DNA of 64,000 nucleotides, taken from positions 12,154,001 to 12,218,000 of the forward strand of contig NC_058369.1 of assembly GCF_018350175.1 (NCBI RefSeq), given 5' to 3'. Positions 22,320-35,502 of this stretch are shown one piece after another. Under the pieces are notes generated by a model, which was not told where the DNA came from, did no database searches, and saw only the letters and a program-made list of their open reading frames with translations. The stretch's first letter is position 1; the number at the start of each line of letters is the position of its first letter. The position numbers were made by a program, and so were the translations under genes. Source of the DNA: Felis catus (taxonomy: Eukaryota).

Positions 22320-23090
22320 ACAGAGCAATCACGTGACCCAGCCATTCCACTCCTTGCCGTAGACCCCGAAGAGTTAAAAAGAGAGACTCAGGGGCGCCTG
22401 GGTGGCGCAGTCGGTTGAGCGTCCGACTTCAGCCAGGTCACGATCTCGCGGTCCGGGAGTTCGAGCCCCGCGTCGGGCTCTGGGCTGATGGCTCAGCGCC
22501 TGGAGCCTGTTTCCGATTCTGTGTCTCCCTCTCTCTCTGCCCCTCCCCCGTTCATGCTCTGTCTCTCTCTGTCCCAAAAGTAAATAAAAAACATTGAAAA
22601 AAAAAAAAAAGAGAGAGACTCAAACAGGTGCTTGTACACCCGTGTTCACAGCCACAGGACTCAGCCACCAAAGGGTGGAAACAACCCGCATGTCCATCAA
22701 CAGCTGAACGGATGAACCCAGGTGGTCCACCTATGATTCAGCCACAAGAGGGAACGAAGCTCGGACACACGCTACGAGGTGGGTGAACCTTGAAGCCATC
22801 ATGCCGAGTGAAAGACGCCAGACTCCAAAGATCACACGCAGTACGATTCCACTCATACGAGGCCCTTGGAGTGGGTAAATCCACACAGACAGAAAGTAGA
22901 TGGTGGGTGCTGGGGAGTTAGTCAGTGTTTAATGGGGACAGAGTTTCCATCTGACGTGATGGACAAGTTTTGGACACAGTGGGGATGGTTGTATAACAGT
23001 AAATGCGACTAATAGCATTGAATCGTATACTTAAAAGTGATTAAAATGGTAAACTTTTTTTATTATATATGTCTTACCACGAGTTAAAAA
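22320..23090 (+). mobile_element. Old L1 (L1MB-like) 3' end hosting a Can-SINE
   Basis: gacccagccattccactcc...ggtggaaacaacccgcatgtccatcaacag...aatggggacagagtttc...aaaatggtaaactttt. Confidence 0.8.
22391..22607 (+). mobile_element. Young-looking Can-SINE (SINEC_Fc) with TSD ending gagagactca
   Basis: Near-consensus element with intact A tail; gagagactca on both sides. Confidence 0.95.
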
Positions 23091-24471
23091 AAAAAAAAAA
23101 AGAAAAGGCTTGAAAGTCTCCATAGACAGGAGGCAAGGGGTGGGATTTGTATGAGACAGATCCTGTGATGAGTGTCTTCCAGGAGTTTGTACCCATTGTA
23201 CAGGCGGGTGAATGGAGGTGTGGGGAGGCGAGGCCGCTGTCCACGTGAAGGAGCTGAGCCTTGAACTTGGGGCTGCCCGGAATGGAGGTTTTTCCCCACT
23301 GGGGTGCCCGTGCAGTGGGCAGTCGTTGAGTGTCTCCAGGCCTCCGTTTCCCCATCTGAAAACAAGGCCATTGGACCAGTGGCTCCTCTACACGGGCCTC
23401 ATACTGGGGACAATTTTGTCTCCCCCGTAAAATCAGACGGTGTCCTCCAGTAGCTTCTCGTCGTTCTAGAATAAACCCAAAGGCTTCATTGTGGTCTGAG
23501 GGCCCCCCCCCCATCTTATCCCACTCCTGCATGCTCACTCAGCCACACCGACCTCCTTACTGTCAGCCAAACACGCTCCCCTCTGGTCCTGCCTCAGGAC
23601 CTTTGCATTTGCTGCCCCCTGAGCCTGGAATGCTGATTCGCACATTCTTCCCGTAGCCACCGGTAGCAACAAAGCCAAGCTGTACTGGGGTCGCCTCTGC
23701 AGCCTTGAAGCCAGAAACCAGATCCTCGGGTGAGAACAGGAGGCCACCGGACAAAGGGTTGGGGCCCTGGGCGGCCCTCCGTAGGCAGGGGGGTGGAAGA
23801 AGCTGGCTCTGGAGTCTCAATCCCCAGCACCTTTGCTTCCTGCTCTGTGCCTGCCAGCAAGTGGCCCTCTCACTGACCCCCAGCACATCCTTTCTGCCGT
23901 AGACCTGTAAGCCTCTCAGAGCATCATCTCGTCCTCGCAGAAGAGGAAACGGAGGCCCAGAGGGGTCTCCCAGAGTCATACACTGATCCTAGGACCCTCC
24001 ACTCTGAAACTCAGGGTTTTCCCTTAGCTGTGTGGGCCTGGAAGGCCAGGTTCACTCCCATTTCGTGAGGGAGACAGAGGAAGGAGGCGAGTCTCAATGC
24101 TCCCTACTTCACCGAGTTCAATTCTTTTTTGGAGGAGAGGGAGGTTGGGGCAGGGTACATTTGTGGCCATTTGTGGCTCTGGGAATAAACAGGTATGTCC
24201 TTCAGCCCTGCCTCAGGGCCTTTGCACTTGGCGATCCTCTCAGCTGGAGATTCTTTTCCTCTTCTTCTTCCCATGGCCGGCAACTATTTGTCCTTCAGAC
24301 ACCTGACCATCCAGCTGACCTCACCCACCCCCTGGGACAGAGGGAGGACTCAATGCCCTCATCCTGCTGAATACGTATTTAGTGACTTCTTTCAAATGAT
24401 TTGGTTCCTCTGGGCCTGACCACACGTTAGCAAGTTACCCAACCATGTGGAACTGGGAGGCAGATGAACTT

Positions 24472-24683
24472 TTTTTTTTTTAATGTTTTATTCATTTTTA
24501 AAAGAGAGAGGCAGAGTACAAGTGGGGGACGGGCAGAGAGGGAGGGAGACACAGAATCCGAAACAGGCTCCAGGCTCTGAGCTGTCAGCACAGAGCCCGA
24601 CATGGGGCTCGAACCTGTGAACCACAAGATCATGACCTGAGCCGAAGTCGGACACTTAACCGACTGAGCCACCCAGGCTCCCC
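24472..24683 (-). mobile_element. Can-SINE (SINEC_Fc), minus strand, TSD gcagatgaactt
   Basis: T tail, body and head recognisable; TSD at 24460-24471 and 24684-24695. Confidence 0.93.
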
Positions 24684-25474
24684 GCAGATGAACTTCATGA
24701 TGTGCCAGGAGGTGAGGGATGCATGAGGAGGTGCAGAGAGGGGAGCCCCCTGCCCCAGATCACACAGCAAGAAAAAGGCAAGAGTCCCACAGCGTTCCAC
24801 CTCCCAAATCCTTACCCAGACTCCCCAGGGCTGAGACCAAGTGCCCACCCTGTCCCGGAGGTCTCTGCAGACCTGCCCTTCTGGAACGGCATGACCGACG
24901 CCCTCAGTCTCATGGGACACCCACGTGTCCTGCCTCCAATGTTGGCGCTCACGGACTGGCCCACCTGGGAGGGAGAGGGGTGAGGGAGTTGGCCGCACAT
25001 GGGGGGCTTCTGGGAAGGAGGAGGTGGCTCTGACTAGGACGCGCGGGAAGAGGCAGGGATGAGCCAAGGCTGCAGGACTGAAGGGCAGTGGGGAGCCACA
25101 GAGGGATTAAGGCAGGCAGTGACCATCAGCTCTATGCCCTGCCCGTGTCTATGACACGATCCACGGCTGGAAGAGTCCTCATACCTTTCTTTGCCCTTCT
25201 CTTGGTTCCCTGAGCATTTTCACCCCAGATTCCTGGGTGGGTGTTGGGGGGGTGGGACCCTGGTCCCTGGCTGGTTCTGACTGGGGGGTCCTGGGGGGCA
25301 GAAGCCAAACTGAGGCTGGCACCAACTCAGGGAGCCACGCCCCCCCCCATTCTAGCCCCTCTAGACCAAGGAGGATGGGACAGGGGTCTTGCCAAGACCC
25401 TGCCCCCAGCCTGCGCCCTTTCTCCAGCTCTGTCAACCCCCACCACCCCACCGTCTTCCCCCACATCCCTTGTT

Positions 25475-26160
25475 TTCTTCATTTTGTCATTGTGGTAAAA
25501 TACACGTGACATAAACCTAACCACCTGAACCATTTTTAAGTGTCCAACTCAGGGGCCTTAAGCGCACTCACACCCCTGTCCCCACCGCCCACCTCCAGAG
25601 CTCTGCCATCGTCCCGAACTGAAACTCTGTCCCCGTCAGGCACCAACTCCTCACTCCCCTCCCCCAGCCCCGGCCCCCACCCCCCACCACCTGCTTTCTG
25701 CCTCCACGACCGGGACTCCTCTGGGGACCTCACATTAGTGGCATCACACAGTGTCTGTCCCGTTGCGTGTGTGGCTTAGCTCACTCAGCACGACGTCCTC
25801 AGGGCGCATCCACACCGCAGCCTGGGGCAGAAGGCCCCTCCTTTTTCAAGGCCGTGTAATACTCCACTGTGTGGATCGGCCAGTTTGCTCGCCTGCTCCC
25901 CCACCGCCGGGCCCTCGGGTGACTCCCACCTTCTGGCGATGGTGAACAACACTGCTGCGCACACGCGTGTGCACAGGACCCTACTTTCAACCGTTTGGGA
26001 GATCTCCCCAGGAGCGGAGCTGCTGACTCCCCCGTTTTCGCTTTCGAGGCTGTGTTCGCTGCCGCTCAGGGGTGCTCTCTCTTTGCTGAGCAGGGGATCC
26101 AGGTGCCGCCAGCCAGCCCCCCGGCGGGCCCGGGTCTCCGTTCCCCACCTCGTGCGCTTC
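25475..26160 (-). mobile_element. Old L1 3' region, minus strand, strongly GC-shifted
   Basis: tgtggtaaaatacacgtgacataaa, gaaactctgtcccc, tggcttagctcactcagca, taatactccactgtgtggat, gtgaacaacactgctg. Confidence 0.7.
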
Positions 26161-26859
26161 ACCAGGACCCAGCTCCCGTGGGCCACGTTCTGGGCCTCTC
26201 TGCTTCCTCCTCTGTGAACCACCACGGGGGCGGGCGCTGCCGGTGGCCCAGTTTCGGGGCCACCCCAAAATCAGGTTTTCACAGCGGCCCAGGCTGTGCA
26301 GAGCTTGCACCCCCGGGAGCCGGACAGGCCTGCGGTCGAGGTGCCACTCACACCCGGCACGCCCGCCTGCCCACCCAGAGCCGCCTGCAGGCTGCGGTGC
26401 GCAGGCAGCTTCCCACCCTGCCGGGGCCCCAGGCGTCCCAGGACGGCCTCCTCGGGAGGCCCCATCGGACCCGGAGACCCTCCGCTGGGCCAGGGCCGCA
26501 GCTGGGCCGGGACTCAGAAACCCAGGCCCTCATGCGGGCCAGCGGCATCCGCGCTCACTCGGAGGCAGGGGAGGCCACTCAGAGGGCCAGGCCAGCCAGG
26601 CCTCCCGGGCCCCTCGGCCCTCGGGAGCCACGAAAACGAATGCCAGGGGAGCCGGGCAAGCCACCGAGCTCCAACAGCACGCTGCCTGCCAGGACTCGAC
26701 TCTGTTTTCACCCAGACCAGCACGAACAGAACATGCTATTGACAAGCCTTTCCCCCTCCCTCCTGCCCCCACCAGCTTTCTAAAACATTATTTTCAAGCA
26801 CAGAGAATCTATAAACCCACTGGATATAACAGACTCGTCTCGAACACTCCACCCAAGAG

Positions 26860-27030
26860 GAGCAGAATCGTTTTTATCCCCGGGATAGGCCACAAAACCA
26901 ACCTCAGTAGCCCGGCGAGGATGGAGATGATACAAAGTATGTTCTCTGACCACAACGCAATGAAATTAGAAATCCAAAACAGAGAGAAATCTGGCAGACT
27001 CAGAAATACGTGGAAAATAAATACAATAAT
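26860..27030 (+). mobile_element. L1 ORF2 relic (end of endonuclease domain)
   Basis: Translates to IGHKTNLSSPARMEMIQSMFSDHNAMKLEIQNREKSGRLRNTWKIN, containing the SDHN motif of the L1 APE endonuclease. Confidence 0.8.
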
Positions 27031-29485
27031 GCAGGAGTCTGGAGCCTTCGGGAGGGCATCCCGGCAGCGAGGGATTTGTCCAAGGGGGGGGGGGGGCCCG
27101 AGGTCCAGAGCTGGATTTCCATGTTGCGGGGGGAGCGGCGGGGGGCAGATCCGGGTCCTGCACGAGGGGCCTGGGTATACCTGAGACTCACCTCATCTGG
27201 GGAGCCAGATCTGGGGAGCCCGTGAGGTCTCTGGGTGTCCCTGGGGACTTCCCATAGTTCCTGGCGGGGCGGGGGGGGGCATAGCCTCCAGAGTGGGAGC
27301 CCGCCCCGACTCACACAGGTGACCCCCCAGCCCCCAAGAATGGATCCTCAGGGCTCCAAGGCTGGCAGTGGGGACCTCACTGGGGGTCGGCTTCTGAGAG
27401 CCTGCCCCAGCCATCCGGTCACACTCCTTCCTTGCTTGTTTAGAATATGTTAGAAACTTCTTCACTGGGCATTCCGGGCCCTTCACAGGCAGCCACATCT
27501 CCCTCCTCTGAGCCTCTCTCTACGCCTCCCATGCACCCCCTACCTCACAAGCCGAATCTCCAAGGTCCCCCTGACCCTACCCCGACTCACCCTCACTCCT
27601 TCCTCCCCAAGTCCACGTCTTTGCATAGGCTGTTCCTCATGTGGAAAAGCCCTTCCCGTGTGTCCATGCGGCAAACCCAGTCCACCCTTCAAGGCCCAAC
27701 TCAAGTGTCACCTCCACCGGGAAGCCTGCCCGGACTCCCCCAGCAGGAGCCCTGCCCACCGTCACGCAGACTGACCTAACCAGGGCTGGTGGGGGTGGGG
27801 GTGGTTGGGATGGGTATCCGGCTCCCCCATTCGACTGGGTCCGAGCAGCCAGGGGTGAGGGGTGTGCATGAGGAGGGGGCCTGGTTGCAGAAGGGTCAGC
27901 ACCACGAACTAGGGTAGCGATTCTGCTTCCTGCTGCTCATAAGGAGTAAAACCCCAGCTCCAGGGTTTCCTGAGATGACAGGGTTTCTTATTGATCCCAA
28001 GAGAGGTCAAGATGGTAGGTAGTGTTCAGGGTTTAGTGTAGACGTGACTTGAAGTCTGTGGCCCAGATTGACCCCAGTTCTGGCGCTCTCCTCCTGGCCA
28101 AAGCCCCGGGCAACCGCCCGGTCCCGTCTGAGCCAAATGTCCCCCTGGGCTGGTCAGAAAAGCGAATCAGAGAATCGTTTCATGCCACACAGTGGGAGCT
28201 CAGCCCGTACTGTCCCCTCCTCTGTGTCCCCCAGCATAGACGGAATCCCATCTGGAGGACCCCAGGCAGGGCCCAGAAGTTGGCAGGTATACAGCACCCC
28301 AGGGACTCTGGCTCGGCCGCCTGCAGGCCACACTTTGAGACACGCGGCTCTAAATTGTCACAGTCATTCAGGAAATAGTTCTGCACCCGCGAAATGCCAG
28401 ATGCTGTTCTAGACGCTGCCGTCCTGCCTTCTCCAGCACATCCTGACTGCTCTCTGCCTCTGTCACCCCCGATTTCAACCTTGACCCTAAGTTGGCCTTG
28501 TGGGGACTGTCCCAGGTCTAAAAGACTCCTCAGCCAAACCCCACGTCTGCGGCCTCGGGGTTCTATGATGTTCCAGCGCAAGGAGGAATCCGGCCAGCCC
28601 CATCTCTCCCTTGGCTTTCAAACATGCCCAGTGGCTCCAATCCCGACTCTCCAGGGCAGAATTCTCCACATTCCCGGTGTGTTTCCGTTGAACCCCAAAC
28701 CTCAAACACATCCTGATGTCTCATTTCCTCAGCACGGCCGGGGTGACTTAGGCTAGCTTGCCGGGGGCTCGTGGGTTCGTTTTGAGTCATACAGAGGTTT
28801 GTCGAAGGAAAGGTTTCTTATCTCAGAAGCTGTTACATCAAGCACAGCCGGTTCCCACCAACCCTCTGCCCGTGTGTGCGCAGGTCCCTGCAGGAGCCCT
28901 CAGGCCAGCTTTTCCCTGCCTGCCCGGGTCTGGGCTTTGGGTGACTTGGAGGGGCAAGCCCTTGGCGGCAAAGCAGGGGCTGGGGGCGTTGGGCAGGTCT
29001 GAACTGGGCTCTTGGGTTCACCACTGTCACCCTGTGGCTCCTGGCCTTCGTCTCCTCCGCTGCAAAAACGGGGGGGGGCCTCAGCAGGTGCCTTGGCGGG
29101 GCTCCCTCTGATGGACACGACCTGCCCTATGCAAGGTACACAGTAGGTGCTCCATAAAGGAAGAGAGAGATGGAACTTCAAAGGAGCAAGCCCACTCATT
29201 GTGTTTAGTCCGGGGTCTCTGAGACGTGGGACTAGGGGTGGGGGGCACTGCCACATTTGGACATTTGGACAATCCCAATGTCCAAGGCAACTGTCCACTC
29301 TGAGCGACTTCTCCACGGGAAGAGTCTGAGATGCCCAGTGGAAGCACCCAGAGAGAGTGTCCATGCGGGTGACCTTGCACTAGTCCTTTCTTGAGTATGA
29401 GTGGGTCCCTCATGGGTGCCTTTTTAAGTGGGGGGGGGGAGGGGGATCCTGAAAGACTTTTGCCTGGAGGCAAAGTTTTGGCAAT

Positions 29486-29678
29486 TTTTAAAAAAATTTT
29501 TTAACGTTTTTATTTCTGACGTGGGGGGCAGAGAGAGAGGGAGACACAGAATCCGAAGCAGGCTCCAGGCTCTGAGCTGTCAGCCCAGAGCCCGACGCGG
29601 GGCTCGAGCCCATGAACCGTGAGATCCTGACCTGAGCGGAAGTCGGAGGCTTAACCAACTGAGCCACTCAGATGCCCC
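29486..29678 (-). mobile_element. Can-SINE (SINEC_Fc), minus strand
   Basis: gagacacagaatccgaagcaggctccaggctctgagctgtcagcccagagcccgacgcggggctcgag. Confidence 0.9.
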
Positions 29679-29729
29679 GGCGGTTGTTGTCTTATTATTG
29701 TTGCTGTTGTTGGCTTGCTGGTTCAAGAA

Positions 29730-30700
29730 ACAATCAGGATGTTCACTGCAGCATTATCCATAATGGCCAAAAAGTAGGAAGAACTCAAGCGCCCATCAAA
29801 GTATAAGTCAATACACAAAATAATCCATCCACGCAAGGCAATAATATTCAGCCATTGAAAAAAAGGAACGAAGCGCCAGCTCAGGCTACAAGGGGGATGA
29901 ACCTTGCAAACATCGTGCCGAGTGAGAGCAGCCAGACCCAAATCCACACGGTGTGTGATCCCATTAACATGAAACACCCAGAACAGGCAGATCCATAGAG
30001 ACAGAGAACAGACTGGTGGTTCTCAGGGGCAAGGGGAGGGGTGTGGGGAGCGGGGGTGTCCCTCGGGGTGACGGCAATGTTCTGGACCTACAGGTGATGG
30101 TTGCACAACACTGCGAATGCACCGAGTGCCCCTCAATTGCCCCTTAATTAAGTGGTTAATTGCACACTATGTATATTTTACCTCAGTAAAAACAAATTTA
30201 TTTTCTGAAAGAAGAAAATGGGAATAGAGGCTTCCATTATAAAATGCTGTCCTTCTTCACAAAATTCTTTTGTGAGTGTAACATAAAGTTTGGTCTTTTT
30301 TTTAGTGTCTCTTCTCTTGGCGGATGGATGGAAAACAAGACAGGATACACACGCACACACGCACGCACGCGCACGCGCGCGTGCACTAGAATATCACTCC
30401 GCCTTAAAAGAGAAGATTCCGACGCGTGTTACAACACGGATGAGCCTTGAGGACACTGTGCTGAGAGAACTGAGCCAGACGCGAAAGACGTAGTATTTGT
30501 CTTTTGCTATTTGGGGGAGGGATGGGAAATTTGTGTTTAACGGGGACAGACTTTCAGTGTCACAAGATGAAGAATCCTGGAGACTGGATGGTGACGATGG
30601 TTACACGACATGAATTCACCGGGCACCGGCTGGACCGAGAAATGGTTAAGACGGTACGTTTTACAGCTGTGTGTTTTACCGTGATGTGATAAATAAACAT
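29730..30700 (+). mobile_element. Two adjacent old L1 3' fragments (~29730-30200 and ~30385-30700)
   Basis: atgttcactgcagcattatccataatggccaaaaag, gatccatagagacagag, aacacggatgagccttgaggac, gtttaacggggacagactttcag. Confidence 0.7.
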
Positions 30701-30938
30701 AGCATTTGGGAAATCAGACATACCAGCAGAGGACTGACCCGCAGCCTCTCGGAACAGTCACTCCTTTTTTAACAACAGAAAACAGATACACAGAAAGGGG
30801 TGAGTTCAAACCCCCTTTTCATTTCGTGAGGTAATGCTACCTAGAGCTCCACTAACACGTTATAACTGGATACTTGAGTGACTTTCAGAAAAAAACAACG
30901 GATTTCCCATTTTAGGGTTTAAAAACAAATCCCGTTCA

Positions 30939-31180
30939 GGGGCGCCTGGGTGGCTCGGTTGGTTCAACAACGGACTCTGGATTTTGGCTCAGGTCATGAT
31001 CTCACGGTTTGCGAGGTGGAGCCCCGCATCGGGCTCTGAGCTGACGGCACAGAGCCTGCTTGGGATTGACTCTCTCCATCTCGCTCTGCCTCTCTCTGCC
31101 CCACCCCTGCGCGTACGCGCTCTCTCTCTCTCTCTCTCTCTCAAAATAAATAAACTTTTTTTAAAAAAAAGCAAAAAAAA
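30939..31180 (+). mobile_element. Can-SINE
   Basis: Head ggggcgcctgggtggctc, (CT)n, aaataaataaac tail. Confidence 0.9.
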
Positions 31181-31596
31181 TTCCTTTCAGCCCATGCATT
31201 TGTCAGCCTTAAGTCAAGATGGGCAAGAGAGCCCCTAATGTAGAGAGTGGGGGAGTCAAAACGATGGTATGACCTTGACGTTGTCATTAGATTCACAGAA
31301 GGAGACATTCTTATTTCACGTAATTTCCTTTTGAGCACGTTGACTCTAAGATTTGTGGGGAAACAGGGAGGGGGACCTCTGGTTTCATAGTGCGGCAAAC
31401 AACGTAGCATTTAATTTTTATTCTTCCAAGTAATGCCGCCTGCACCCCAGAGAAAGATAGAAATCAAATTACAGAGAAATCAGAAACTGTTCCACCCTAA
31501 TTAAAAAAAAAAAAAAAATTCAGCTGGAGCTCCATGAGGGCAGAGAAAATGTCTGGCTCACCACTGCCTCCCCAGTACCCAGCTCGGGCCCTAGAT

Positions 31597-32045
31597 CTGC
31601 TGTGGCAAACTATGGCCCGAGGGCCAAATGTGGCCCCCCAAATGGTTTTTTTTTATAGTTTTTTTTTTAACGTTTATTTATTTTTGAGACAGGGAGAGAC
31701 AGAGCATGAACTGGGGAGGGTCAGAGAGAGGGAGACCCAGAATCCGAAGCAGGCTCCAGGCTCTGAGCCGTCGGCCCAGAGCCCGACGCGGGGCTCGAAC
31801 TCACAGACTGCGAGATCATGACCTGAGCTGAAGTCGGCCGCTTAACCGACTGAGCCACCCAGGCGCCCCGCAAATGGTTTTGTAAAATAAAGTTTTATTG
31901 GCACACAGCCACATGCTGTCGTCTGTTCTCAGGCTGCTTTTGTGTATAATGGCAGACTTGAGTAATTGCAAGAGAGACCATACGGCCCCAAAAGCCAAAC
32001 CCATGTACTATCCGGTCCCTGACAGAAAGCCTACCGGCCCCTGGT
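31597..32045 (+). mobile_element. MER58-like hAT-Charlie element interrupted by a SINE
   Basis: ggcaaactatggcccgagggccaaat...gtaaaataaagttttattggcacacagccac...ggcagacttgagtaattgcaagagagaccatacggccc...cccctg. Confidence 0.75.
31650..31870 (-). mobile_element. Can-SINE (SINEC_Fc), minus strand, TSD caaatggtttt
   Basis: Full element; caaatggtttt on both sides. Confidence 0.92.
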
Positions 32046-33844
32046 CCAGAACAACGTGAGTGAAAGTAAAAGTCTGTGGAATTAAATCTGATTCAAAGTA
32101 CAGTTGGCTGCTGGCAGCATTTCCTGTTTCTGGAAATACAACCGTAGTTGAGGGCATCTGGTTTCTACAGAAATACAGCAGGTCGACCTGGGATGGTTCT
32201 CAGGCTCCCGAGAGAAAGTTACAAATGACAAACGGTAAGGGTGCCCCGGGCCCCAGGGCTTAGACCAGACTCTCAGGTAACGGAGGCAGGCGACTCAGTG
32301 AGAATGGCCTCTGCGTCGCTGGACTGACTACAGGCGGGAAGAATTTTCTGGATCGAGTTACACAGCTGCCACAGGCCCTCCACGAAGGCCAGGTGAGGAG
32401 TCTCACGGCCTGACTTTCGCTCTTACAGATGCCTTGCCAAAGCCTCCCATCTGTCTGGGGGTCCCCGCGTCCCCCCCAAGAAGGTCCACGGCAGCACGGG
32501 GGACCCAGAGTCTGTCACCGGCTGGTGACCGCTGGAACAATTCCTGCTTGTTCGCTCACCCACGCTTCCCAAGAAAAGGTTTCGTTCAGAGAATACATGT
32601 GGGCACCGCCCCAAGGATTGGGATGTAGAGTCAGCAAGACAATTTAAGCAAAAACAGGGTTCGAAGCGGACGGTTGGATGTGAGAGGCGGCAAAAGATAG
32701 AGAAAAAGAGTTGCTAGAAATATGGCCAATGGCCTGAAGACAAAGTATCAGAAAAATACCCCCCGCCCCCCCGCAGGGCTTCCTTCCAAGCTGGGGCACG
32801 GGCCTGGGGGACAGGGACATGTCTGCGAGGGGTAGGATGTGCTCTAGGCGTGAAAGGAGGCTCCACAGCTGAAAATCAGTTTCTAGTCATTTCCTCTGTT
32901 AAATGAACCATCTTCCTTGGCCCAGTCAATGCTTGAGAGAAAAAGGGCAACTGAGAAGCTCAAACAAATCAAGAAGGTGGCACAGAAGATGGAAAATGGG
33001 GGAGTCTGCCCCCCCGCCCCCCGCTGCAGTTGGCCAGACGCACTGGGAGGGCCAGGCAGGCGCAGGTGACAAGGTGGCCGGGGTAAGCCATGAGGGTCAG
33101 AGGACTTGTAGGACAGGAGAGTGCGATGGCTCTGTGGCCTCAAGCGTATGTCCAGAGAGAATCAGCCCTGTGGAAGGCTGGGGATCCCCGGAATCCTTCC
33201 GGGGCTGGAAGGGATCTACTCTGTGGGATCGTCTTGGTCAAGGACCCGAAGAACCACCACGTCCCGGGGCCATTGCCCTCCAACTCCTCAGACTTAACTT
33301 CAGGAGCTATGAATGCCAGGCCACTTCCAGTAAGTGTCATTGTCGGTTATAAAAATAACCACTGTTGAAGTGGTGACAGGCTCATGATAGAGTCCAGCAG
33401 TGCCACTCCAAGGGCAATGGCATCTGTCCTCCTCAAGTGGAAAGTCCCCTGGCCAGGCCTCTGAGTCGGCGCTAGCCTCTTGGTTTCGGACACAACCACC
33501 ATTTTCCCCGTCTGTGGGCCGAAAATGGACTTGGTCCGCCCAAGGCACTCGGGACACGGGAGCCCCCTTCTCTCCACGGGCCTTCGTACCATCTCCGGGA
33601 AAGTTAGCAGGTCTGAGGGGCCTCCCGGCTCCCCGCCTACCCCACACCAATTTCCCTTGGAACGAGCCTCCCATACTCAGCGACAGAGTGGTAGCTTATC
33701 CAGTATAGACGAGAGTTAGCTCTCCGCACGTTCCTGGGTAGCAGACCTAGACGGCACGAGCCCCTGCTATCGAAGTGCAAGGCAATCACTATCGTGGCGA
33801 CCATTGCTTTAATAAGAACCCTCCGAATCACTAATAACAAAAAC

Positions 33845-34045
33845 CGCTACCACCGGCTGGGGGAGAGGGGAAACGGGGAGTTGTTGTTCCATGGCTATGA
33901 AGTTTCAGTTTTGCAAGATGAAAAACTTCTAGAGAGCTATTGCACAACAACGCGAAGAGAGTCCACACTACTGAGTCGTACAGTAAAAATCGTTGAGATG
34001 GTGCATTTTGTTAGGTGGGTTTTTTTTTTCTCCTTACCACAGTTA
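33845..34045 (+). mobile_element. Old L1 3' terminal fragment
   Basis: ggctgggggagaggggaaacggggagttgttgttc...agtttcagttttgcaagatgaaaa...gttgagatggtgcatttt. Confidence 0.7.
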
Positions 34046-34885
34046 GTAGCAAAAATAGATGACAAAACAACTACTGCTACTGTTCTTTCTGTGCTTTCTA
34101 CCTTGAGCGTCTAGAATGTGCTGAGAACACTGCCATGGATTCTCACAACAGCCCTGGGAGATGATGTTATTCTCTCCACTTTACAGAGGAGGAGAAATGG
34201 TCCCAAGGGATGGTGTGGGCTCCCCCGGGTCTCTCGAGAGGGGAGCTGGGTTTACACCGAGTCTGTCCGACTCAAGGCTGTGTCCTTCCCAGCCCACCCA
34301 TGGTCTCTTCACCCCTCAGGGTCTTCTCTGGTCTCCCTTAGGGGAAGAGAAGCCAGAAGACTGTTATCCTAGGATCTGGAACCGGAAAGGAATCGCAGAT
34401 CCGGTCCACCATGCTGTTCTCTTAGAACCAGGATCCCCACTTCCTTTAAAAAGTGTGTTTACGGCTGAACAATGGCCACATCTCATCTTGGGTCTTTTTT
34501 TGGCTCTCAGAATGGAAACTCTGCCCTTTGTCTCGAGCACAAAGAAACAATATTCACTGCAGGCCATTATCTGAAAAGCCCTTATGTTCTGGTCCCCAGA
34601 AAGGGTTCTCTACCCCCAGATTGAAGGTCAGTGTAGGAAGACCATTGCAAGGTCACAGAATTGCTCATTTATTAAACTGAGGCTTCTCATAAAATATTTT
34701 TTTTAATTTATAAGGTACATATTATAGTATTGATATATATCCTTGTCACAATATTTTGATATTGACATGTTATAGACTCTATATGTTATAATAGTATTAT
34801 CATTATACATGAGAGTCTATTATAGGTCAGACTAGTAATATATACAATACTACTACAATTATATATAATAGTATGTGTACTAAGT

Positions 34886-35068
34886 ATTTATTTGAGAGAG
34901 ACAGAGTTAGAGCAGGGAAGAGGGGCAGAGGGAGAGAGAGAGGGAGAGAGAGAGAAACTTAGGCAGGCTCCACACTGAGTGTGGGGCTCGATCCCACAGC
35001 CCTGGATCATGAGCTGAACTGAAATCAAGAGTTGGACGCTCAACCAACTAAGACATCCAGGTGCCCCA
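34886..35068 (-). mobile_element. Can-SINE, minus strand, embedded in TA-rich DNA
   Basis: tttatttgagagagacagag...ggggctcgatccca...gaaatcaagagttggacgctcaacc...ccaggtgcccc. Confidence 0.85.
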
Positions 35069-35089
35069 TGTAGTAAATATATAATAGTG

Positions 35090-35092
<3 letters not shown>

Positions 35093-35170
<78 letters not shown>
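35093..35170. repeat. (AC)~39 microsatellite with one interruption
   Basis: Read directly; single AT interruption near 35127. Confidence 0.97.
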
Positions 35171-35174
<4 letters not shown>

Positions 35175-35264
35175 TATTTAAGCTAGCATTTCTCCCTTAG
35201 CTATCAAATGGTTTTCAAGAGTGGAAAAATATCTTTTTCACTTTTTTTTAAGGCATGGAAAAAT

Positions 35265-35502
35265 ATTTTTATTGAAATACATTTGACATATAACATTGCG
35301 TAAATTTTTACAACACTGCATAAATTTAAGGTGTACACGTTAATTTGATACACTTAGGTATTATAATACGATTTCCATTTAGCAAGAATTAGCACCTCTA
35401 TTGCATTACATAATCCTAATTCCTTTTTAGTGGCTGGAATAATTAAGCTCTAGTCTCTTCTTAGCATGTTTGGTGATCATAATACGATATTGTTACCTAT
35501 AG
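35265..35502 (-). mobile_element. L1 3' end fragment (L1MA/carnivore type), minus strand
   Basis: ttttattgaaatacatttgacatataacattg...tttaaggtgtaca...tttgatacac...aatacgatattgttacctatag. Confidence 0.65.

Noticed and set aside
25995..27184. Overlapping 262-aa and 313-aa ORFs
   Set aside because: Stop-poor GC-rich sequence; the only recognisable part is a short L1 ORF2 relic.
30939..31870. Inverted SINE pair able to form dsRNA
   Set aside because: Intergenic, no evidence of transcription, and the two copies are diverged.
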